Shown in pieces: positions 34,858 through 42,323 of a stretch of 42,323 nucleotides of DNA. Position 1 is the stretch's first letter. Every line of letters starts with the position of its first letter. The notes under the pieces were generated by a model. That model saw only the letters and a list, made by a program, of their open reading frames with translations. It was not told where the DNA came from and did not search any database. The stretch is from positions 1-42,323 of the forward strand of contig CAZIUJ010000001.1 in assembly GCA_964542345.1 (NCBI GenBank). Direction: 5' to 3'. This DNA is from an uncultured Alistipes sp. (lineage in GTDB: Bacteria > Bacteroidota > Bacteroidia > Bacteroidales > Rikenellaceae). A program made the position numbers and the translations under genes.

Positions 34858-37686
34858 TTACTCTGCCTTTGCGGGGCGCATGATGACCTTTACGAGGTTG
34901 CCGTCCTCCAGCATCTTCTTGGCCAGGGCCTGCACGTCGGCGTTCGATACCTCGCGCAGCGCCTTTTCGTAGTCGGCCAGATAGTCGGCTCCCGAAGTCT
35001 GCTTCGACTGGATGTAGCGCATCCAGCTGTTGTTCTTCTCTAAGCTGTTCTTCCAGTCTTTGAGCATGAACTCGCGGTTCTTCTCGATGTCTTCGGTCAG
35101 GGGACCTTCATTGGCGATCTTCTCGATCTCCTGCATGACGATCTCCAGCAGCTCGTCGGCCATCTCCTCGTTCGTGTCGAAGACGATGTGCATCTTGTAG
35201 CCTTCGGTCGGGAGATACTCCGTCTGTCCGTATACCGACACGCCGTAGGTGCCGCCTTTCTCTTCGCGGATCGAGATCAGGTAGCGCGAGTCGAGGGCCT
35301 GCGTCAGGAAGATCAGGGCCGTGCGGTTGGCGAAAGTGTAGGGCAGCTCGCCCGAGAAGAGGTAGTGTACCGAGACCTTGGGCTGCTGCATCGGCGTGCG
35401 GAAATCCTCGGCTACGTCGCCCTTGACGGGTGCGCAGTGGTCGTCGACGGCCGCCGTCGGCTTCTTCGCGACGGGCAGCGAGCCGATGTACTTCTCGACG
35501 AGCGGCTTGAGCTCCTCAGGATCGATGTTGCCCACGAACGTGAACACGAAGTCGTTCGCGCCCGAGTAGAGTTTCTTGTAGATGCCCGGCAGCGCTTCGA
35601 ATTCGAAAGCGTCGATCATCTCGGCGGTCGTTACCTGACGGCGGGGATTGTTGCCGTAGGCTACCTCCGTGAAACGCTTCTCCATTACGAAGTCGGGGTT
35701 CGACTCGGCATTTTCCAGCTGGGCGCGGATCATCTTCATCAGCGTGTTGTAGTCCGCTTCGTCGAAGCGCGGCTGCACGAAGTTCAGGTAGAGGAGCTGG
35801 AGCATCGTCTCGATGTCTTTCGGCGAGCAGACACCGTTGAGGTTCGTCTGGTAGTTGGCTACGTCGATGCCTACCGAGGCCGAAATGCCGGCCAGCTGCT
35901 TGCGCAGGTCCGTCGCCGAGAACTTGCCGACGCCCGACATCGAGGTGATTGCCGGCAGCCACTCGGCCAGCAGCAGCTCCTCGTCGCTCAGCAGCGAAAG
36001 CCCGCCTTCCGCCACGGCGTTCAGACGTACTTCGTCGGCCTTGAACTTCGTCGGCTTCACGATGACTTTCACGCCGTTCTTCAGCGTCCATTCCGTCGTG
36101 CCGTAAACTTCGTCGTTCTTCGTCGTCTTGACCGGCGAGCCTTTCAGCTTGGTGCCTGCGGGCAGCAGCGGTTCCTTGACGGCCGTATCTTCGTAGGCTT
36201 CCAGCTCGGTGTTCAGCACCTTGTCGCGGATCGCCAGAATCTCGGCTTCGGTCGGAGCCACGAGACCCTCTTTCTCGGGGGCCGTGATCGTGATGACCTG
36301 GTTTTTCGGCATGATCAGCTGCTGGGCGACCGCATTGACTGCGTTCACGTCGATCGACTTGATGAGCATGCTGTCGATCTGCCACTCGGTTTCGGCCGAG
36401 GGCATGGGGGTGTTCTTGCTGAAGTTGTCCAGGTAGATGTCCACGAACTCGTTGTTCGTGCGGTCGTTGCGGTTGGTGTACTTCCGCTCGGCGCTGCGCA
36501 GCAGGTTGTTCTGCGCGCGCTCGAACTCGCCCTGCGTGAACCCGTGGCGGCGGATCTTCTCCATTTCGCCGTAGATCGCTTCGAAGCCTTCCGGCAGTTT
36601 GCCGTCCTGCGTCGTGGCGATGAATACCGTCAGGTTCATCGTCGGGATGACGCCCAGAATGTTGCCGGCGCTCATGCCCGCACCGAGGAATGGCGCATCG
36701 GGCTGCATGGCGATCTCCTGCAGACGGGCGTTGGCCATCGTCGACATGTAGGCCTGCGCGATGTCGAGTACTTCGGCTTGCACCGTGTTGTTCAGCTCTT
36801 TGGGCAGGGCCGGCCGCTTGATGAAGAGCTGGATGCGCGAGCCCTGCATCTCCGGATCGGTCGTGATGCTCACGATCGGTTCTTCGTTGTCGGGCACCAC
36901 GATCGTCTCCTTGTGCGAGGCGTCGGCTTCCGGTGCCGGAATATCGCTCATCAACGTCTTGATCTTCGCTTCGATCGTCTCTACGTCGATGTCGCCGACT
37001 ACGATCACGGCTTGATAGTCCGGGCGGTACCACTGGTGGTAGAAGTCGCGCAGCGCCTGGTGGTCGAAGCTCTTCAGGTAATCCAGGTAGCCGATCAGGT
37101 TGCGGTGTTCATACTTCGTGCCTTTGCCCAGCGCCTTGATCATCGCCATCATCGAGCGCCACTGCGCACCGTCGCGCGTGCGGAGCTCTTCGCAGATCAC
37201 GCCGCGCTCCGAGTCGATCTCGTTGCCTTCGAGGGCGATGAAGTGCGACCAGTCGTGCAGCACCAGCAGCGCCGAGTCCACGATCCCTTCGCGGGCCGTC
37301 GGCACATCCTTGATCTGGTAGGTCGTCTGGTCCCAGCCCGTCGCCGCGTTGAGGTTGTAGCCGAACTTTACGCCGACGGTCTCCAGATACTCCGTGAGCA
37401 TCTTGCCCGGCAGGTTCTTCGTGCCGTTGAAAGCCATGTGTTCCAGGAAGTGGGCCAGACCCTGCTGGTCGTCGTTCTCCTGAATGGCGCCCACGTCGTG
37501 CAGGATGTAGAAGTCGGCCTGCCCTTTGGGCTTTTCGTTGTGGCGGATGTAGTAGGTCATGCCGTTTTCGAGCTTCCCTACGCGCGTCGCCTCGTCGGCC
37601 GGAATCGGGGCCATCATGCCCGGTTGGGCCGTCATGCTTCCTGCGGTCAGTACCGCAAGCAGCAGGAGCATCATTTTTCTCTTCAT
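34858..37686 (-). CDS. M16 (insulinase/PqqL-like) zinc protease, exported
   Basis: Start MKRKMMLLLL (signal peptide); GKLENGMTYYI, inverted zinc motif GLAHFLEHMAFNGT, ERGVICEE, IREEKGGTYGV. Confidence 0.93.
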   Translation of the reverse strand: MKRKMMLLLLAVLTAGSMTAQPGMMAPIPADEATRVGKLENGMTYYIRHNEKPKGQADFYILHDVGAIQENDDQQGLAHFLEHMAFNGTKNLPGKMLTEYLETVGVKFGYNLNAATGWDQTTYQIKDVPTAREGIVDSALLVLHDWSHFIALEGNEIDSERGVICEELRTRDGAQWRSMMAMIKALGKGTKYEHRNLIGYLDYLKSFDHQALRDFYHQWYRPDYQAVIVVGDIDVETIEAKIKTLMSDIPAPEADASHKETIVVPDNEEPIVSITTDPEMQGSRIQLFIKRPALPKELNNTVQAEVLDIAQAYMSTMANARLQEIAMQPDAPFLGAGMSAGNILGVIPTMNLTVFIATTQDGKLPEGFEAIYGEMEKIRRHGFTQGEFERAQNNLLRSAERKYTNRNDRTNNEFVDIYLDNFSKNTPMPSAETEWQIDSMLIKSIDVNAVNAVAQQLIMPKNQVITITAPEKEGLVAPTEAEILAIRDKVLNTELEAYEDTAVKEPLLPAGTKLKGSPVKTTKNDEVYGTTEWTLKNGVKVIVKPTKFKADEVRLNAVAEGGLSLLSDEELLLAEWLPAITSMSGVGKFSATDLRKQLAGISASVGIDVANYQTNLNGVCSPKDIETMLQLLYLNFVQPRFDEADYNTLMKMIRAQLENAESNPDFVMEKRFTEVAYGNNPRRQVTTAEMIDAFEFEALPGIYKKLYSGANDFVFTFVGNIDPEELKPLVEKYIGSLPVAKKPTAAVDDHCAPVKGDVAEDFRTPMQQPKVSVHYLFSGELPYTFANRTALIFLTQALDSRYLISIREEKGGTYGVSVYGQTEYLPTEGYKMHIVFDTNEEMADELLEIVMQEIEKIANEGPLTEDIEKNREFMLKDWKNSLEKNNSWMRYIQSKQTSGADYLADYEKALREVSNADVQALAKKMLEDGNLVKVIMRPAKAE

Positions 37687-37694
37687 ACGTATTA

Positions 37695-37931
37695 TTATAA
37701 GGTGTTTTGTGTTCGGTCTTCCTCCGCCTCGGGCCGGTACTCGATGATGTCGCCGGGCTGGCACGCCAGCTCGCGGCAGATCGCTTCGAGCGTCGAGAAG
37801 CGGATGGCTTTGGCCTTGCCGTTCTTGAGGATCGAAAGGTTGGCGGGCGTGATGTCCACGCGCTCGGCCAGTTCGCCGAGCGACATCTTGCGACGGGCCA
37901 TCATGACGTCGATGTTGATGATTATAGCCAT
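37695..37931 (-). CDS. Cro/C1-type HTH regulator (YozG-like)
   Basis: MAIIINIDVMMARRKM..LAERVDIT.ANLSILKNGKAKAIRFSTLEAIC..L.CQPGDI. Confidence 0.92.
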   Translation of the reverse strand: MAIIINIDVMMARRKMSLGELAERVDITPANLSILKNGKAKAIRFSTLEAICRELACQPGDIIEYRPEAEEDRTQNTL

Positions 37932-37988
37932 TTCCCCCCCCCTTTCATAGTGATGCAGGTTGTCGTTATCATGCTTGCAATCTTGGTC

Positions 37989-38705
37989 TTAGATGGTCAG
38001 TTTCTGTTCTTCGCTCAGGTGTTGTCCCACGGCGAATACTTCGGCCGCGAAGAGGATCAGCACGCCTATGAGGATCGTCGAGTAGGAGACATGGAACGCC
38101 GTGTCCACGACGTAGCCGCTGCCGGTGAGCAGCTCGGCGGCCCGCGAGCTCATCGTCCAGTCGATCGCATCGTCGATCAGCTCCGTGGCGATGGCCAGCA
38201 GTCCGATGATGCGCAGCAGGAGGATGTTGCGGCGTTCGAGGGGCCGTTCTTCGCGGATCGAGCGGCGGAGCGAATGGACGATCAGCAGCATCAGCACGAT
38301 GATTGCCAGGTAGGCCAGCGGGCAGAGCATGAGCCCTAAGTAGATCCAGCCGCTGCCGCCCACCGAGCGGAACGAGAGGGCGAAGATCGAGCTTCCGGGG
38401 GCTTCTTCTTCCACCACCAGTCCGATTTTGCGGATATGCGTCCTCACGCGCACGCCTTCTTTCAGCTCCGGGGTCGGGATCGCATCTTCGGGGCTTTCGA
38501 GGAGCTTGACCCCTTCGAGCATGTAGATCAGGCGTGGGGCGCCCAGCGCCCAGTTGCGGGTCAGGTCCGTGCCCATTTCGTTGCCTTCGGTGAATCCGCG
38601 GGCGAATCCCGGGCCCACTTCGAGTGCCAATCCCGCCGCGATTACCAGAAAGAAAGCGATGTAGATCGCCAGCAAGCGTTGCAGAAACTTCTTTTTGTTT
38701 TGCAT
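37989..38705 (-). CDS. DUF2975-like membrane protein
   Basis: Four TMs; C-terminus AEVFAVGQHLSEEQKLTI; adjacent to a YozG-like HTH gene. Confidence 0.85.
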   Translation of the reverse strand: MQNKKKFLQRLLAIYIAFFLVIAAGLALEVGPGFARGFTEGNEMGTDLTRNWALGAPRLIYMLEGVKLLESPEDAIPTPELKEGVRVRTHIRKIGLVVEEEAPGSSIFALSFRSVGGSGWIYLGLMLCPLAYLAIIVLMLLIVHSLRRSIREERPLERRNILLLRIIGLLAIATELIDDAIDWTMSSRAAELLTGSGYVVDTAFHVSYSTILIGVLILFAAEVFAVGQHLSEEQKLTI

Positions 38706-38740
38706 CTTCCTTTGATTTCAGGTCGACCTTTCGGTCCGGA

Positions 38741-38794
38741 CAAAGATACGATTTATTTCTGAAAAACAAATAATATTTATCGTTTTTCGATAAA
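38741..38794 (-). promoter_or_regulatory. Promoter (-7 TATCTTTG, minus strand 38741-38748) with palindromic operator TTTATCG-TTTTT-CGATAAA (38776-38794)
   Basis: Perfect 7-5-7 inverted repeat just upstream of the promoter of the DUF2975-HTH operon. Confidence 0.65.
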
Positions 38795-38810
38795 ATCGAT
38801 CGTCGGGGAC

Positions 38811-38836
38811 AAAAAAAGACGGTCCGAAGACCGTCT
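38811..38836 (-). terminator. Intrinsic terminator
   Basis: AAAAAA-AGACGGTC-CGAA-GACCGTCT; U-tract on the minus strand. Confidence 0.75.
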
Positions 38837-38855
38837 CGGCCGTGTGCCGGCCTGC

Positions 38856-39467
38856 TTATCGCACGTTGTCTTTCAGTTGCTTCCAGATCGAGGCGTTGAT
38901 CGCCATGCCGATCGAGGAGGCCAGTACGGCAAATGCCAGCAGCACAAGGAACGTGATGAATCCCACGTCGATGAATCCGCAGATCGCCTGCAGAACGGCC
39001 AGCACCAGCATGCTCGCGATGCCGAATACGATCGACACGCCGAAGATCGTCCACTTGCTGCCGTAGGTCGCGTCGTTCGAGGCCTTGATCGCTTCGATCG
39101 GGTTCTTGCCCTTTTCGATCAGGTAGTAGTAGGCGAGCGACCAGGCCAGGGAGAGGACGATGGCCGGCACGAATCCGAAGAGCACTCCGGCGAACATCGG
39201 CACGATCATCAGGCCCGTCGTGATGAGATATTCGCCCATGTAGCGGCGGTACTTGCTGTCGAAGATGCCCAGCGGGTTGATGACGCTGCCTTTCGCCAGT
39301 TCGGTGGGCAGCAGCGAGATGGCGATCGTCGTTCCGACGTTCAGGTAAGGAATCCAGATCGTTACGAGCCACAGGGCCACGGCGGCGATGATCGAGGGGG
39401 CGTTCTTCATGCCGATCGCGAGGGCGTCCCGGAAGGTTTCCGCAAAATCGAGTTTCTTTGTCTCCAT
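38856..39467 (-). CDS. Conserved hypothetical integral membrane protein (DUF975-like)
   Basis: ~5 TMs, AIKASNDATYGSKWTIF motif, GC-rich codon usage, own -7 box and terminator. Confidence 0.7.
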   Translation of the reverse strand: METKKLDFAETFRDALAIGMKNAPSIIAAVALWLVTIWIPYLNVGTTIAISLLPTELAKGSVINPLGIFDSKYRRYMGEYLITTGLMIVPMFAGVLFGFVPAIVLSLAWSLAYYYLIEKGKNPIEAIKASNDATYGSKWTIFGVSIVFGIASMLVLAVLQAICGFIDVGFITFLVLLAFAVLASSIGMAINASIWKQLKDNVR

Positions 39468-39497
39468 AACGGTTTTTTTAAGGGGTTAATCTTGTCG

Positions 39498-39522
39498 CAA
39501 AGATAAGAAAAAAGTATCTTTG
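39498..39522. promoter_or_regulatory. Back-to-back -7 boxes TATCTTTG (minus 39498-39505; plus 39515-39522)
   Basis: Exact TAnnTTTG matches between divergent genes. Confidence 0.65.
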
Positions 39523-39545
39523 TCTTGTTCTATTTCTTGAAAATC

Positions 39546-40277
39546 ATGTCGGCAGAAAAATCGGTCTATGCGTTCCGGGTCGAACCGCAGGAGGTGGATT
39601 TCACCTTGCGGGCGACGATTCCCGCTTTGGGCAGCGTCATCCTCAATACGGCGGGCGTCGATGCCCACCGCAAGGGCTTCGGCGTCGACGCCCTGAACGA
39701 GGGCAACCGCTCGTGGGTCCTCTCGCGCATCGCTTTCGAGTTCGACAGCCGCCCGTCGCAGTATGCCGATTATTCGGTCGCGACATGGATCAGCGACTAC
39801 GGCCGGGTCCTCTCGACGCGCAACTTCACGCTCGCCGATGCGTCCGGCGCCGAGTTCGGGCGCGCCGTCTCGCAGTGGGCGATGATCGACCTCACGACCC
39901 GCTCGGCCGTCGATCTCTCGGGCGTGGGCGATGCCCATGCCGATGCCCTCGTCGATGCGCCGCCCCCGACCGAGCGGCCGCGGAAAATTCGGGCCGTCGT
40001 CCCGACGATGCACGGCGAGCACCGCGTCGTCTACAGCGACATCGACTTCAACCGCCACGTCAATACGATGCGGTATATCGAGATGATGCTCGACATACTG
40101 CCCCTCGACCGGCTGACCGATGATCGGCCTGTGCGGCTGGACGTCCACTTCCTCCGGGAGTGCCGCTACGGGCAGACGCTCGCCCTCGGCGCGGAGCTCC
40201 ACGACGACGATGCCTTGTTCGAAATCTCCGGCGACGGGGAGTCCGCCGCCGTGCGGGCCGCCCTCGGGTGGCGATAG
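39546..40277 (+). CDS. Acyl-ACP thioesterase (double hot-dog, FatA-like)
   Basis: SWVLSR, TRNF, SQWAMIDLTTR, catalytic YSDIDFNRHVNTMRY, FLRECRYG. Confidence 0.9.
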   Translation: MSAEKSVYAFRVEPQEVDFTLRATIPALGSVILNTAGVDAHRKGFGVDALNEGNRSWVLSRIAFEFDSRPSQYADYSVATWISDYGRVLSTRNFTLADASGAEFGRAVSQWAMIDLTTRSAVDLSGVGDAHADALVDAPPPTERPRKIRAVVPTMHGEHRVVYSDIDFNRHVNTMRYIEMMLDILPLDRLTDDRPVRLDVHFLRECRYGQTLALGAELHDDDALFEISGDGESAAVRAALGWR

Positions 40278-40342
40278 CGCTTGCGGGGAACCCATTCATG
40301 GAACGGGTTTTGCAGTCGACCGGCTGCAAAACCTTTCATTTT

Positions 40343-40876
40343 ATGGAGACCACCGCAGCAAAAACCAAGTATCAGGTCAGCATCGACCTGCTGAATGACG
40401 CCGTCGGCAAGGAGATCGCCACGTCGCTCCAGTACATGTACTTCCACACCCATTTCGAGGATGCCCGCTACCGGTATCTATCGCGCATCATGCGCGAGAT
40501 TTCGATCGCCGAGATGCGGCATATCGAGGAGTTTGCCGACCGCATCCTTTTCTTAGAGGGCGACGTCAATATGAATCCCTCGTTCCGCACGCGGCAGATG
40601 ACCGACGTCAAGGAAATGCTCCGCATGGCCATGCAGCTGGAGCTGAGCACGATCGAGGCTTACAACGAGGCGTCGCGCATCGCTTCCGAGCAGAAAGACG
40701 CCGTAACGCACAAGATGTTTCAGGACATCATCGCCGAGGAGGAGCAGCACCTCGATACGTTCCGCACCGAGCTGCAGAACTTGCTCGACTACGGCGAGGA
40801 GTACCTCGCGCTCCAGTCCGTCGCCGGCAGCAAGCATGTGGCCCACAGCCTGCACCACGCCGAGGACGGCGAGTAG
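40343..40876 (+). CDS. bfr: Bacterioferritin
   Basis: Ferroxidase residues KEIATSLQY, AEMRH (includes haem-ligand Met), RILFLEG, QLE, EEEQH. Confidence 0.88.
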   Translation: METTAAKTKYQVSIDLLNDAVGKEIATSLQYMYFHTHFEDARYRYLSRIMREISIAEMRHIEEFADRILFLEGDVNMNPSFRTRQMTDVKEMLRMAMQLELSTIEAYNEASRIASEQKDAVTHKMFQDIIAEEEQHLDTFRTELQNLLDYGEEYLALQSVAGSKHVAHSLHHAEDGE

Positions 40877-40898
40877 GGCATACCCCGGCCTTTTCGCA

Positions 40899-40929
40899 GC
40901 GGAACCCTGCCGAGGGTTCCGTTTTTTTT
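40899..40929 (+). terminator. Intrinsic terminator
   Basis: GCGGAACCCT-GCCG-AGGGTTCCGT-TTTTTTT. Confidence 0.8.
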
Positions 40930-40931
40930 GC

Positions 40932-41000
40932 TTCGCCTCAGATATTTTCGCTCCGCAAGAACTTCACTTTTCAACTTTCACCTTATTTTTCGTATCTTCG
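40932..41000 (+). repeat. Degenerate copy 4 of the intergenic hairpin repeat, ending in TTCGTATCTTCG
   Basis: AGATATTTTCGCTCCGCAAGAA aligns with copy 1 AGATACTCACGCTCGGCAAAAT; antisense translations are alike (AERKYLRRS vs AEREYLRRS); inner hairpin lost. Confidence 0.5.
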
Positions 41001-41025
41001 TGTAAGAAATAACCGGCGATCCGTT

Positions 41026-42162
41026 ATGAAGATTACGATTTTGGGGCCGGCGCACCCCTACCGGGGCGGGCTGGCATCGATCATGGAGACGATGGCCCGC
41101 GTCTTCCTGCGGCGGGGCGACGAGGTGAAGATCGAGACTTTCACCTTGCAGTATCCCTCGCTGCTCTTTCCCGGCAAGAGCCAGACGGTCTCGACCCCGC
41201 CGCCCGACGATCTGCGGATCGTGCGGTGTGTTCACACGATGAATCCGCTGAACTGGCTCCGCGTCGGACGCCGGCTGCGGCGCGAGCGTCCCGACTTCCT
41301 CCTGCTGAAGTACTGGACGCCGTTCATGGCGCCCTGCTTCGGGTCGATCGCCCGCCTGGCCCGCCGGAACGGCCATACGAAAGTCCTGTGTCAGATCGAC
41401 AACGTGGAGCCGCACGAGCACCACATCGTCGACAGACCGTTCAACCGTTATTTCCTGCGCTCGGTCGACGGCTTCGTCTACATGTCCGAGCAGGTGCACC
41501 GCGAGCTGGCGGCCTACACCGATGCTCCGGCGCTCTTTTCGCCGCATCCGTTGTTCGAGCACTTCGGCACGCGGGTCGACCGGACCGAGGCCTGCGAACG
41601 GTTGGGGCTCGACCCCGCCACGGGCTACGCCCTCTTTTTCGGCTTGATCCGCGATTACAAGGGGCTCGATCTCCTGCTGGATGCCTGGGCGAAGCTGCAC
41701 CGTGAGGGCCGCACGGCCGGCCGGAAGCTGATCGTCGCCGGGGAGTTCTATACGTCGAAAGAACCCTATCTGGCACAGATCGCCGCCCACGGCCTGCAGG
41801 ACGAGGTGATCCTCCACGACCGCTTCATCCCCGACGCCGAGGTGAAAGATTACTTTTCCGCGGCCGACTGCGTCGTGCAGCCTTACAAGACCGCTACGCA
41901 GAGCGGCGTTACGCAGATCGCCTACCAGTTCTGCACGCCGATGATCGTTACGGCGGTCGGCGGGCTGGCCGAGATCGTGCCCGACGGCCGCGTAGGCTTC
42001 GTCTGTCCGCCCACGGCCGAGGGGGTCGCCGGGGCGATCGTGCGGATGTACGAGCCCGGCGTCTTGGAGCGCTTCCGCGAGAATTGCGTCGAGGAGCGCA
42101 AGCGTTTTTCGTGGGAGGAGATGTGTTCCCGCATCGCGGAGCTCTACGAACGGGTGAAATAG
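41026..42162 (+). CDS. Glycosyltransferase family 4 (GT-B)
   Basis: GPAHPYRGG, LFFGLIRDYKGLDLL, PYKTATQSGV, VGGLAEIVPDGRVG. Confidence 0.9.
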   Translation: MKITILGPAHPYRGGLASIMETMARVFLRRGDEVKIETFTLQYPSLLFPGKSQTVSTPPPDDLRIVRCVHTMNPLNWLRVGRRLRRERPDFLLLKYWTPFMAPCFGSIARLARRNGHTKVLCQIDNVEPHEHHIVDRPFNRYFLRSVDGFVYMSEQVHRELAAYTDAPALFSPHPLFEHFGTRVDRTEACERLGLDPATGYALFFGLIRDYKGLDLLLDAWAKLHREGRTAGRKLIVAGEFYTSKEPYLAQIAAHGLQDEVILHDRFIPDAEVKDYFSAADCVVQPYKTATQSGVTQIAYQFCTPMIVTAVGGLAEIVPDGRVGFVCPPTAEGVAGAIVRMYEPGVLERFRENCVEERKRFSWEEMCSRIAELYERVK

Positions 42163-42179
42163 CGCTCCCTGCAGCCTGC

Positions 42180-42220
42180 AAAAAAATGCCGGCCGCCCTT
42201 TTGAGGCGGCCGGCATTTTT
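42180..42220. terminator. Bidirectional intrinsic terminator
   Basis: AAAAAAATGCCGGCCGCC-CTTTTGA-GGCGGCCGGCATTTTT. Confidence 0.85.
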
Positions 42221-42238
42221 ACGTACCTGAGGCTCGGG

Positions 42239-42323
42239 TTACTTCTTGATGTTGGGAAGTTCCAGTCCGTAGCCTTTCTTGCGGTCTTCGATCTTGAGGT
42301 AGAAGCTGAAGATGAAGGCCAGC
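42239..42323 (-). CDS. 3' end of a probable MFS transporter (runs off the window)
   Basis: Minus strand ...LAFIFSFYLKIEDRKKGYGLELPNIKK*; last TM plus a tail I recall from Bacteroidales MFS proteins; ends at the shared terminator. Confidence 0.55.
   Translation of the reverse strand, partial: LAFIFSFYLKIEDRKKGYGLELPNIKK

Noticed and set aside
18616-34860. Capsule locus as an integrative mobile element
   Set aside because: No integrase, transposase, tRNA or flanking att-like direct repeats seen
35188-37950. 920-aa plus-strand ORF, and similar long antisense ORFs (3062-4951, 9444-11447, 14328-15755, 15840-17225, 40978-42216)
   Set aside because: Shadow frames of GC-rich genes; no motifs, and the opposite strand carries clear family signatures
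40789-40974. 61-aa minus-strand ORF MKSEVLAERKYLRRS
   Set aside because: Translation of degenerate repeat copy 4 and a terminator; overlaps bfr antisense

Overview
GC-rich Bacteroidota chromosome segment; gene content, TAnnTTTG promoters and the intergenic repeat family suggest Alistipes/Rikenellaceae (inference). In order: a large TPR protein plus an outer-membrane beta-barrel; an SRP (4.5S) RNA on the minus strand that the ORF track misses; mltG; a divergent SnoaL/NTF2-like and HxlR pair; DUF4199-GT2-DUF4293; a five-gene SusD-less TonB locus with two nucleases and two other surface lipoproteins (probable extracellular DNA/RNA utilisation); a ~15.6 kb UpxY-led Wzx/Wzy capsule locus; an M16 peptidase with an HTH/DUF2975 operon; a membrane protein; acyl-ACP thioesterase; bacterioferritin; a GT4; and the 3' end of a probable MFS transporter. 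Most interesting: (1) a Campylobacter-like serinol-uronamide module (HisC-like aminotransferase, HAD phosphatase, TupA ATP-grasp, Ugd) in the capsule locus, plus a 4-amino-sugar pathway with no N-acetyltransferase and a Stealth phosphotransferase, so possibly a zwitterionic polysaccharide; (2) a ~36-85 bp hairpin repeat found four times at promoters, which appears to supply -33/-7 boxes and in one copy is flanked by a 12-bp duplication of the -7 box; (3) the nucleic-acid scavenging locus; (4) an internally deleted O-acyltransferase remnant in the capsule locus. All family calls come from motif recognition by eye; no searches were run.
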